64,000 bases of DNA from Amoebidium appalachense (lineage: Eukaryota; Protista; Ichthyosporea): contig CAVNZM010000009.1 of the NCBI GenBank assembly GCA_963693365.1, positions 6,413,671 through 6,477,670 of the forward strand, in the 5' to 3' direction. Shown here in pieces: positions 47,984-57,234 of the stretch (position 1 is the stretch's first letter; each line of letters opens with the position of its first letter). Below the pieces are notes generated by a model, which saw nothing but the letters and a program-made list of their open reading frames with translations, ran no database searches and had not been told where the DNA came from. Position numbers and translations under genes: made by a program.

Positions 47984-48643
47984 TCAAGGCCAGTTGATAT
48001 CTCCGTCTGAAGACTCGGAAGACGCCCCAGAGCTGCTGGCTTCACTGGCTCGTGGCCTTTTCTGCTGTCCCCGTGTCAAGGTCTTGGACTCGGAAGACGA
48101 GTACTCCTCATGTTCTGACCGCCGTCCCCGTGTCAAGGTCTTGTACCAAGCTAACGCGGCCCGAGACACAGGCACTCCTGGAGGAAGGTAATCCACCTCC
48201 GACCCAGAGCTACTGACTTCCTCTCGTGTCCTCTTCTGCTGTCTTCGTGGTTTCTTCCGTGTCTTGGACCCCTGTGTGATGTGCAAACGTGAGCGCTGCA
48301 GGGGCTGGGGGGCCAAGTCCACGGGATAGGAGCTGCCATGCTCGCCAGCACGAAGTGCAGGTGCCGCTGCCAGGACAGGGGGTGCCACGGTTGCTGCTGG
48401 GGGTGCCACGGTCAGCGCTGGGGGTGCCACGGTTGCTGCTGGGGGTGCCACGGTCAGCGCTGGGGGTGCCACGGTTGCTGCTGTAGTGGTGCGCGAAGCC
48501 ATGCGGGTGTGCCTAGCAAGGGCGCGCGCGAAACGGGCCTGGGTGTCCCTCAGGGCCTTTGCATCCTCCTCCAAAGTCTTGAGTCTTGTCTCTATTTTTT
48601 CAGCGCGCCTTTCTAGATCTTTGATATCATCTTTAGAACTCAT
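47984..48643 (-). CDS. Hypothetical protein: N-terminal coiled coil, (TVAPPA)n repeats, basic NLS-like segment, Ser/acidic tail
   Basis: ORF from MSSKDDIKDLERRAEKIETRLKTLEEDAKAL, with an upstream minus-strand TGGCATATAAAAGC at 48727-48740. Confidence 0.75.
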   Translation of the reverse strand: MSSKDDIKDLERRAEKIETRLKTLEEDAKALRDTQARFARALARHTRMASRTTTAATVAPPALTVAPPAATVAPPALTVAPPAATVAPPVLAAAPALRAGEHGSSYPVDLAPQPLQRSRLHITQGSKTRKKPRRQQKRTREEVSSSGSEVDYLPPGVPVSRAALAWYKTLTRGRRSEHEEYSSSESKTLTRGQQKRPRASEASSSGASSESSDGDINWP

Positions 48644-49538
48644 TTTCGTGACAGTTGGATGTACGTTGTGTGCCAAGGGAGAAGCTAGCTAACATGGAAA
48701 AGGTGTGTGGATTGAAGAGAGTATGGGCTTTTATATGCCATACCCGGCTTTGGCATCACATGGGTTATTGCATTAGATTGGTTGGATATACCCAGCCGCG
48801 ACGCTTGATTGGATCTAGAGATCGCGTGAACATCTGATTGGTTAATTGTCATCTTGGCATCTTGGTGTATCCGATAAGTTGGGGCTCAACCAAATCTGCT
48901 GACTGATTGATGCATTCTGATTGGATCTTAAAGAAGAGCATGTTTTGACTTGAGAATTGTCATTTTGACAGATTGGATTGTAATCCGATCTTTGCAAGGC
49001 CGTCAGTGTTTGAACACAATGTATTTTGATGTAGCAACTCCTAAAAAACACGAATATGCTTCCCAACAATTACGAGCATTATTCTGTCTATCAGGGAGGG
49101 ATACAAAAATTGGTCAGGAAAAGTACACAATCACATGGTGCTGACAGCTTGAGCACGATGTCAACTGATAGCGAATCGGTGCACTGCCTGCTGGGAACAA
49201 CATGTCACTTTTGAGCAGCACTTAGGAAACTCGCGCTCACGTGGATCCAATACTTATACACCAACCAGAAGTGTGCGCACAAAAAGGGGTCCGAGCTGGA
49301 TACAAATGGCTTGGTGTGTGCGTGTGTGTGTTTTATTTTGCATTGTGTAAGGAGCGCTTTTTTTTGTTCACACTGCTTTACTTCGTGTAAATAATCAGTG
49401 GCGAGTTTTTTTAGTTCACGGTGTGTTTGCGCATCATAGGATTTTGCTTTATTTTGCACTGTGTAAGAGGAACGTTTTTTTTTTTGGGTCATACTGAAAA
49501 ACTAAACACCTCCTGCCCAACCGGCTGCAAACGACACA

Positions 49539-49895
49539 ATGGATGAAACAGTCACACAGCGCCAAGATGCACACACCGAGCAGCTGCAAGAGACCAACAA
49601 GATGCTGAAGGAGGCCAACGAGGGGCTGCACGGGCTGATTCAGCAGCTGAGGGAGTTGAACAACGACATGGACAAGGACAACGACGCGCTGCGCACAATG
49701 AACAAGAACCAGCGGGAGGTGATCAAGGGCCTGCAAGAGGAGCGCAACAAGGTGTGCGAAGAGAACAAGAATTTGGTGGTGGAGAACCAAGAGCTGCAGC
49801 TGGAAAACGACAAGCTGAAGAAGCAAAAGGACTTTCTACGGGCCTGTCTCATACGGCTGGGCCAGTCTGCTAAGACTCCGGATGAAACGGATTGA
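49539..49895 (+). CDS. Small coiled-coil protein (118 aa)
   Basis: Continuous heptad pattern (LQETNKMLKEANEGLHGLIQQLRELNNDMDKDNDALR...) with a strong GC3 coding bias. Confidence 0.8.
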   Translation: MDETVTQRQDAHTEQLQETNKMLKEANEGLHGLIQQLRELNNDMDKDNDALRTMNKNQREVIKGLQEERNKVCEENKNLVVENQELQLENDKLKKQKDFLRACLIRLGQSAKTPDETD

Positions 49896-50283
49896 TACAA
49901 TCATGAGGGATAACACGTGCGAGTGATTTCATTCTGTTACTTAGTATGTATCTACAGACAAGACAAGGAATTGTATGCACACGGTAGTTCGGAAATGGGT
50001 TGGAAATTCTTATCATATTTGGTCGAGTAACATCTAGTGTGGGACACTTGTCTGTGTTACTCAGAATAAGTACCTTGAGTAAGATAACTATTGTTACTCA
50101 GTGCAACAAGTTTCAGGTGACGTGTATCTGCTTATACATATTAAATATATCCTGAGTGTAGGGCTGGCTCCCTAATGGACACTCCAAACCCACATATTTG
50201 TAACAATATTATCGACCATAATCCCAACGCACACCAGACATGTGCTCCGATGACTCCCTGGCTGTGGGCCTCCTTATATTCAC

Positions 50284-51252
50284 ATGCTGCGCCATCCAGG
50301 GCACAGTTGCACCTTCACCGGCAGTCGCACACACACACGCACTGCGCGATACCTGCATTATTCTCTACACTGCCGCCTATTTTTCTGTACTGATTCATAT
50401 AACTGCAGCGACAGAATGTCGCACCCCATGTCATGCCAAAGGAAGTCCTTCAAAAAGTCGATTCGCAGAAGGGTTGTTCGTTTTCTCTTTGCCTCCATAG
50501 GGACCGCACGTCCCTCGCCCATGCCCTCCTCCTCCGTCGGATCCCTCGGTGGCAGCAGCGACAGCGTGGTGTCCCAGCGCTCCCAGGTCAGCCGAAACGA
50601 CGTGCCCCAATCCAGGTCGATGGTCACCGCATCCCCGGCCCCCTCCAGTGGACACGTCGAAAACACGAGGTGGTTGAGTCCAGACCTGTTCGACGCTTCT
50701 ACCGACTGCAGCGGCAGCATCGTGTCCGACAGCATCGTGTCGCCCTTCCCGAGTCGTGCGTGGAGCTGCAGCGGCTGGCTCGCCACCCTCCCGGCGCCGT
50801 TCGAGTCGAACGTCATGCTAGACACAAGCAGCGACAGCCGATTGACAAATAGCTTCAGGTCCTGCTCAAAAGCCATGTTCAATTCTGGTGCAGATGCAGA
50901 CTGGCAGCTCCCCGCGTCCAACACGGCTTTTTATACCCTTCCCAACTTGCGTCTGCGTCGGCGCACACTCATTCGCAAGGTGTCAGTGCTCGAGGCGCTG
51001 CATGACCACGAGTGCGCGCTTGCATGTTTCGGTGTGTGTGTGCGCGGGCCCGACACGGTGTGTGAGGTGCTGAGCGTGCGCTGTTGCACAAGCATGTGGA
51101 CTGCAGGTGTGCGACCGGGAGACATTGTGGTGGCGTGCGAGATCAAGCGCGCAGAATCAGGGTGGCGCAAGGTGTCCCTCGAGCTCGAGGAGGGTGCGTG
51201 GACCAGCAACCTGTGTGCGGCAGGGTGCAAGCGGAGAAAGTGGTTTCACTAG
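50284..51252 (+). CDS. Hypothetical Ser-rich protein with a C-terminal PDZ-like segment (start may be ATG 50416)
   Basis: 322-aa ORF. FGVCVRG...CEVLSV...SMWTAGVRPGDIVVAC resembles the PDZ signature. AATAAA lies near 51415. Confidence 0.6.
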   Translation: MLRHPGHSCTFTGSRTHTRTARYLHYSLHCRLFFCTDSYNCSDRMSHPMSCQRKSFKKSIRRRVVRFLFASIGTARPSPMPSSSVGSLGGSSDSVVSQRSQVSRNDVPQSRSMVTASPAPSSGHVENTRWLSPDLFDASTDCSGSIVSDSIVSPFPSRAWSCSGWLATLPAPFESNVMLDTSSDSRLTNSFRSCSKAMFNSGADADWQLPASNTAFYTLPNLRLRRRTLIRKVSVLEALHDHECALACFGVCVRGPDTVCEVLSVRCCTSMWTAGVRPGDIVVACEIKRAESGWRKVSLELEEGAWTSNLCAAGCKRRKWFH

Positions 51253-51644
51253 GAGGGGTTGTGCAGGGCAAGCGCCCAAAATTTTGGGGTAGAGGTCATG
51301 TCAAAACGAAGAGGTCGGTCCAAAAAGAGGGGTCACAGACGTGCAAGGAAGTACGTGTATACCGATGAGTTCATGCCAAAATACCGGAGGCTGGCCCTTC
51401 GACAAATTGTGCGAATAAAGCGAAAAACACACTGAGATTTATTCTGTCGACATCGATATTGGAAAAATCACATACCATTATGCACATAACCACCGACCCG
51501 AATTTACCCCTAAAGTTTGACAACCCGAGATTACATCAATGACAAATATACGATTCTACAACAACCCCGAATGAATTCTATCACTTGCACACGAAACAAG
51601 TTCCCTAAAAGAGCACACAGACACAGCATCACCACGGCCATCCC

Positions 51645-53054
51645 CTACGGGCCCTGCTTCTGGCAGTCCTTCTTGTGCTCACCCCACCCGCGGGTCTGGC
51701 AGTCCCTGCTGCAGTAGTAGACATGCTTACAGGCCGAGCACTTCTTGGTGGGCCCGGTCGAGCCGCAGGTGGCACAGGCCACAGAGGGCAGTTTGTCGAT
51801 GAAGTGCCTGACGGCCCGGTCGCACCATTCATACATACACATGTTGTCCATGTCGTACTCCGTGGACACGGGAAGACCCCACACCGCCAACTCCGCAATC
51901 TGCCGAACAGCCTCGGGCGTGGTGTGCGCGAGGCCGGAAGACGCGCACAGTACATGAAGCATCATTCTGAAGACAATACCGGCGCCCGTGCTGATGTTTC
52001 CGGCATAGAGGGCATTGTAGTCCCGCTCCTCCAGCAAGTAGCGGTGGAAGACGCAGTAGTGCCTGAAACACGCGAAGTAGGTAGCCATGTTGCGTTCGGT
52101 CGCAGTTACCGTTGGGTCGTTCACCCACCTCCGCTCCTCTATAGCACGCATCTCGGCCGCCAGGGTAGCCTCGCATTCCATGTAGCGCTCCTTGTTGCCA
52201 AACACACGCAGGTCGCCGCACTCCAGAACTTTCAGCATCAGTTTGCAGACCGGGTCCGAGTGGAACCGCAAGTGGCTGTCCAGGGTGTAGACCACGACCT
52301 CGTTTTCCGACACCGTTGGGTCTTGGTGGGTGGGTTGCTCCTTGCAGTCCTTCTTGTGCTCGGGCCACTTTTGTTTCATACAGATGTCGTTGCAGAAGTA
52401 GGCGTTTCTGCAGCGGGAGCACTTCTTTGTGTCGACGGGCGAGCGGCACTGGAGACATGACACGGAAGGCAACTCGTTCACAAAGTGCTCGACGGCCCGG
52501 TTAGCCCAATCATTGTACACCACGTTGTCAATGTCCTTGCATAACGTATACGTACCCAAGGCGGAAGTGGCCGGCTCTTGACTGAAGTGGGCAGGGGGTC
52601 GGGCCTTGAGACCGGACCGCTCGCATAGCGCCGTCCCCACGAGCATGAAGAAGTCCTGAACCCCTTGACCGAGCGTGCCCTCGTGGAGAGCCTCATGGTC
52701 CGGCTTCCCCAGCACGTAGCGCTGGAAGGCGGCGTACATTGGGAACGCGTTGGAGTGCAGACAAGTGTCCCAGAGGGGCGGCACCCGCCCAGGCCCGTGG
52801 GGTTGTCTCTCCAAATGCAGCAGCAAAGTTTTCATGTCGTTTTCAAGGACTGAACGGAACGCAGCGAAGCTCTCCTGTGTTTCGAAGATGCGGAGGTCGC
52901 CGTCTCTCGCAACTTCCAGCAGGCGAGCGCTGGCAGGGTCCCGGTGGAGCCGATACTTGTCGTCCACGGCATAGACGACGACCTTGTCCGTGTCCGAGCC
53001 GGGGGGCCGGACGACGAAAGGCAAAGCCACGGCCTCTTCAGGTGTTCGGTCCAT
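51645..53054 (-). CDS. Protein with two tandem [unknown helical domain + MYND zinc finger] modules
   Basis: CLQC...KKCSRCRNAYFCNDICMKQKWPEHKKDC and CATC...KKCSACKHVYYCSRDCQTRGWGEHKKDC. The preceding domains share VVVY..D...R.H.DP....L.V...GDLR.F. Confidence 0.88.
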   Translation of the reverse strand: MDRTPEEAVALPFVVRPPGSDTDKVVVYAVDDKYRLHRDPASARLLEVARDGDLRIFETQESFAAFRSVLENDMKTLLLHLERQPHGPGRVPPLWDTCLHSNAFPMYAAFQRYVLGKPDHEALHEGTLGQGVQDFFMLVGTALCERSGLKARPPAHFSQEPATSALGTYTLCKDIDNVVYNDWANRAVEHFVNELPSVSCLQCRSPVDTKKCSRCRNAYFCNDICMKQKWPEHKKDCKEQPTHQDPTVSENEVVVYTLDSHLRFHSDPVCKLMLKVLECGDLRVFGNKERYMECEATLAAEMRAIEERRWVNDPTVTATERNMATYFACFRHYCVFHRYLLEERDYNALYAGNISTGAGIVFRMMLHVLCASSGLAHTTPEAVRQIAELAVWGLPVSTEYDMDNMCMYEWCDRAVRHFIDKLPSVACATCGSTGPTKKCSACKHVYYCSRDCQTRGWGEHKKDCQKQGP

Positions 53055-53456
53055 GCTTGTGTGTGAATGCCAGCGTGTGCTGATTTGTCTAGTGAAACGA
53101 TCCGCTGAGAGAGTGTGTGAGAGAGAAAGCGAAAAAGTGACGCCTTTTGTAGTCAGTCCGATCAGCCATCTGAAAAGCACTGGTATGGCATGACCGTAGC
53201 GCCATTTGATTTGAGATCTCGTTAGATTACGCCTCACGCGCTGATTGGTCAGCCGCGATTGGGTCGTAAATATATAATTCCGATTGGATCATGTGGTTAC
53301 ATCTCATGTAAAGTCAATTTTGATTCCATCAGATAAATCATGTCCATCCAATCAAAACGCGATAGCTGTCAGCCTTGCCCTGCCTGGCAGGCATAAAATG
53401 CCGCGACTCAGCAGATTGCTGACACTTTTCACTCTTCCTGTTTCTCTTCACCAACA

Positions 53457-53881
53457 ATGTCCGGCACACCATCTCCAAAGGCCGGCCCTGACCCAGCCGA
53501 GCAGCCTGCCAGTCCACGGCCCCCAGGGTCATTTGCCACGTGGCCTCCCGAATGGCAGCAGTACATGTACGAGGAGGCAAAGCGCGACCGCTACCGTGCG
53601 CGCGCCAGCGAGCGGGAGATGCAGCTCAAGTACAAGGTGCTGCGCAAGAAGTACCAGCGCCTCAAGACCAGGTGAGCCTGTACCGTATACATGGGGAGCT
53701 GAGAACCTCAGCGACCCCGAGACCCCCCCCGGGAGCCCCCCCCGAGGAGCGCCCCATTCGCATCTTGAGCTCCGAGGAGGAGCGCCTCCACAAGAAGCCC
53801 CCCGAGAAGAAGCGCGCGCGGTCGCCCGAGGAAACTTTGGCGCCCACCGAGAAGCGCAGCCGTGCGGAGCCCGGCGAATAA
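53457..53881 (+). CDS. Small basic/coiled-coil protein, probably spliced through a 32-40-nt intron starting at 53672
   Basis: The ORF stops at AG|GTGAG, a canonical donor. Coding-like sequence (EERPIRILSSEEERLHKKPPEKKRARSPEE) resumes downstream and ends at TAA followed by AATAAA. Confidence 0.55.
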
Positions 53882-53900
53882 ATAAAACAGGTGGCCTGAA

Positions 53901-54485
53901 TCACACGAGTTGGTTGCCCGGTTGTTCTTGTTGTTTGAGTTTATGCACGAACTTCCGATGTCGCCACAGGCCACTACGCCATGAGAAGGCCTTTGAGCAC
54001 CCTTTATCGCATGTGTACAAACGCTCACCTGTATGAATCCGGTTATGTAGTTTGAGCGCATTGGCAGTTTTGAAGGTTGCTTCACATCCAATAGCCTTGC
54101 ACATTAGCTGTTGTATTGGATAGTGCGTTCGTAAGTGCATAAGAAGTGCCCCCCTATGTGAAAAGCGCCTGCCACATTCCTCGTGCTCGCAAGCGTAAGG
54201 GCGTTCACCTGTGTGTCTTCTTTTATGTCGCAGAAGTCGTCCAGATGTCGGGGCCCTGTATGTGCATCCGCTGTAGCTGCATTCGAATTTTTTTACTCCA
54301 GTGTGAGTTGTAAGGTGTGCGTCCAGGCCAACCTGCTGTGTGCACCGTACTGCACAACCAGGCCATGTACAGGAAAATGGTTTTTCACCGGTATGACATG
54401 TGGCGTGCCGTTGGAGGTTCTGTTTTGTTGAAAATTTCTTATTACATATCGCACATATATGGTCTTGCATATTCATGTATGGCAT
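53901..54485 (-). CDS. C2H2 zinc-finger protein, ~6 fingers
   Basis: CAICNKKFSTKQNLQRH...HTGEKPFSC, HTGVKKFEC, HTGERPYAC and HTGERLYTC linkers. Confidence 0.93.
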   Translation of the reverse strand: MPYMNMQDHICAICNKKFSTKQNLQRHATCHTGEKPFSCTWPGCAVRCTQQVGLDAHLTTHTGVKKFECSYSGCTYRAPTSGRLLRHKRRHTGERPYACEHEECGRRFSHRGALLMHLRTHYPIQQLMCKAIGCEATFKTANALKLHNRIHTGERLYTCDKGCSKAFSWRSGLWRHRKFVHKLKQQEQPGNQLV

Positions 54486-54779
54486 CAAAAAAAATAAGAG
54501 GTTGCTGAAACCCGGTAGTCGGGTCGTCGGTAGTAGCTAGCTTTTGCACTGGGAATATTTTTCACCTTTTTATTTTTTTCTAAAAGTAAGTTACCACCCA
54601 ACGACCCGACCACCACTAAGTAAAATCATCAACCCAACTCAAAATCTATAATAAAACACCACTTTGGAATGTGTCTGGGTAGCTACTTGTCGTAAGATCC
54701 CGCAGCCCCCCACTGGTGGCATTGTGGCCGCCGTGTACTTAAGCGACACCCGCCCTCATTTTCTCCCCATTCCTTAGCA

Positions 54780-55217
54780 ATGGACCAACCATGCAGACCC
54801 CCGCCCAAGAGAGTCTTTCTGTGCCCCGAATGCGCCCAAACGTTCACCACCAACGCCAACATGAAAAGACACCGTGCCACAACGCACTCGCAGACCCGTC
54901 CGTACACATGCCCCCATGATGGCTGCTTTGCATCCTTTACCCGCAGCGACTACATGAAGCTGCATGTGCGAATGCATACCGGCGAGCGGCCATATGTCTG
55001 CGACACGTGCCCTGCCGACTTCCCGTACCCCGCCGCGTTATGGTGGCATCGCCGTTTAGTCCACAGGGAGGACAAGACGCGCACACGGTCGGTGCGGGAT
55101 ACCCTCCGGTGCCCGTCAGTGGGATGCGTGTGCAGATTCAGTCGGTCTCATGCTCTAAACTGCCATGTTAGAGCCGAACATCCCGAGCTGGTGACGAATG
55201 CACCCGATCTGGTATAA
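54780..55217 (+). CDS. C2H2 zinc-finger protein, 4 fingers
   Basis: CPECAQTFTTNANMKRHRATTH, CPHDGCFASF...HVRMHTGERPYVCDTC and CPSVGC...HVRAEH. Confidence 0.92.
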   Translation: MDQPCRPPPKRVFLCPECAQTFTTNANMKRHRATTHSQTRPYTCPHDGCFASFTRSDYMKLHVRMHTGERPYVCDTCPADFPYPAALWWHRRLVHREDKTRTRSVRDTLRCPSVGCVCRFSRSHALNCHVRAEHPELVTNAPDLV

Positions 55218-55268
55218 ATACGGCAAGCACGACCCGACACCTGTCAGATATTATCTAACCATACTACA

Positions 55269-56765
55269 ATGGAAGACCTCTACATGAAGATAGCCACGGA
55301 CATGTCAGAGAACGAGCAGCGCAAACTAGCGACATATGAAGAGTTTGAGCGGACAACAGGCACGCGCAACAACTGGTTGGACGCGGACATCGTCGAGCAA
55401 TACCAATGGACAGAGGAGCAGATCCACGCATTCTGTCGCACACTGGTGGCTTATTCCCGCCCGGATGGTGTGTACCTCTTCAAGCGTTTCAAGGATGGGA
55501 GATTCGTCCATGAGATCAAGTCCAAGGAGAAGGTGGCCGACATGCTGTCCAAGTACAAGTTCAAATACAACCCGACAGGCAAAAAGGTGGAAACCTACAA
55601 GGGCTCCTGGCATCTGGACAGTAGCCACATGGTCGTGTACCACGGTGGTATCGTCTTCGACCCCAGTGACCCAGACCCAAAGACCCGTGTCCGCAACCCC
55701 CGCTACACATCTACCCACAGCCGCACATTCAACAGCTTCCAGGGATTCCAGTTCCTGTATGACCCATCTTTTGTCATATACGAGAGCCTTCTTGCGGGCT
55801 TTATTTCCCATGCCAGGGAGGTCATCTGTGCAGGAGACGAGTCTCTGTACCGTTACGTGCTGGAGTGGCTGGGGCACCTGTTCCAGTACCCCGCACGCAA
55901 GCCCGAGTCTGCGTGGCTGATGAGGAGCATCGAAGGGACCGGCAAGAACATATTTGTAAGGATCATCCAAAATGTCCTGGGTGATGACCTTGTGGGCGTG
56001 GTCGAGACAGAAGACAGACTGGCAAGCCGCTTCAACAGCGGTATAACGTTCAAGTTGTTGGTGGTGTGCAACGAGGTTACCTACGGGAAGAGTCACCGTA
56101 CACCGAACCATCTGAAGACGCTTATTACCGACGACACCATGACGTACGAGGCCAAGGGAATTGACGCAGTCAAGGTCAGATCATCCTGCGAGCGCTGGAT
56201 CCTGATGTCCAACGAACAGCATCCCATTCCGGTCAGTCGCACGGACAGGCGCTATGCGTGCATGGAGGTGTCCGACAGCCGTGTCGGCGATGAGATGTAT
56301 TTCAGGGCCCTGTCCCAGCAGTATGCAGCTGGATCCCCGGCGCTCGAGCATCTCTACCAGTGGTTCATGAGGATCCCCGTGTCCGACCCCAACCGTGTCC
56401 CACCCCCCATGACCACTTTGAAGCGGCAGCTGCAGGACCTTAGCGGGCCGATGGAGTTGCAGTTCCTGCGTGACCTAATGAAACGCGAGAACGTGTTTGA
56501 GGATGCGCCCACGTTTGAGGATGGTGCGAGAGTTACTCCCGGCGGTCTCTTCTATCTCTACCAGACCTGGTGGGAACAGAACACCCCCGACAAGTCCAAG
56601 AGGCCCACCCAGCGTGACTTTGGAATGGCCGTCACTGCAGTCCTCGGAAAGCTCAAGAGTACGCGTGCTGCATCCATAGCTTACGGCGCCCCAGGCCAAG
56701 ATTTGTGCGCAGGATCGGGCATTGTCGGTTGCTACACACTTGCTCGTACGGTGGTGGGTCTGTAA
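55269..56765 (+). CDS. D5-like superfamily 3 helicase with C-terminal winged-helix-like domain; no recognisable AEP primase domain
   Basis: FNSFQGF and YVLEWLGHLFQYP pre-ATPase region, Walker A EGTGKN, Walker B LVVCNE, LKTLITD...YEAKG, motif C WILMSN and arginine finger DRRY. TATAAATA lies at ~55213. Confidence 0.9.
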   Translation: MEDLYMKIATDMSENEQRKLATYEEFERTTGTRNNWLDADIVEQYQWTEEQIHAFCRTLVAYSRPDGVYLFKRFKDGRFVHEIKSKEKVADMLSKYKFKYNPTGKKVETYKGSWHLDSSHMVVYHGGIVFDPSDPDPKTRVRNPRYTSTHSRTFNSFQGFQFLYDPSFVIYESLLAGFISHAREVICAGDESLYRYVLEWLGHLFQYPARKPESAWLMRSIEGTGKNIFVRIIQNVLGDDLVGVVETEDRLASRFNSGITFKLLVVCNEVTYGKSHRTPNHLKTLITDDTMTYEAKGIDAVKVRSSCERWILMSNEQHPIPVSRTDRRYACMEVSDSRVGDEMYFRALSQQYAAGSPALEHLYQWFMRIPVSDPNRVPPPMTTLKRQLQDLSGPMELQFLRDLMKRENVFEDAPTFEDGARVTPGGLFYLYQTWWEQNTPDKSKRPTQRDFGMAVTAVLGKLKSTRAASIAYGAPGQDLCAGSGIVGCYTLARTVVGL

Positions 56766-57234
56766 CGAAACGTGTAACGCGTAACAAAATTGTAACTAGA
56801 TCCGGGAACCAATCAAAACGCGCAGTTTGTACCGTTTGACCTCCTTGTATTCTCTGTAACTACTACTTCATATTTGTAACTAGAGTAACTATTGAAATAA
56901 ATCGGGCGGAACGGGGTGGGATGGGACGATCTGATTGGCTGTTGCTATGGGGGACCACACTTTGAGGGTGGAGTTGAAATCCTTTGATTACACTACCTAC
57001 AACGTTACACATTCGAGGGTGGGGTATGGTGTCTTATGATATTGTCAGCGTGGGAAGTTCTGGTATCACTCTGTAAAAATGGAATATCGCACCCAATAAA
57101 CATTGCAAGCAAGTAGGTCTTACATTGGTGAAAAACGACTTCCAAGGTCACTGCGACGGGGCTTAGGGGGCTGGGGATCACTGGGAACCACAAACTGACT
57201 GGGGGGTGATTTTTATTTTCTTGTGTTGTAAGTG

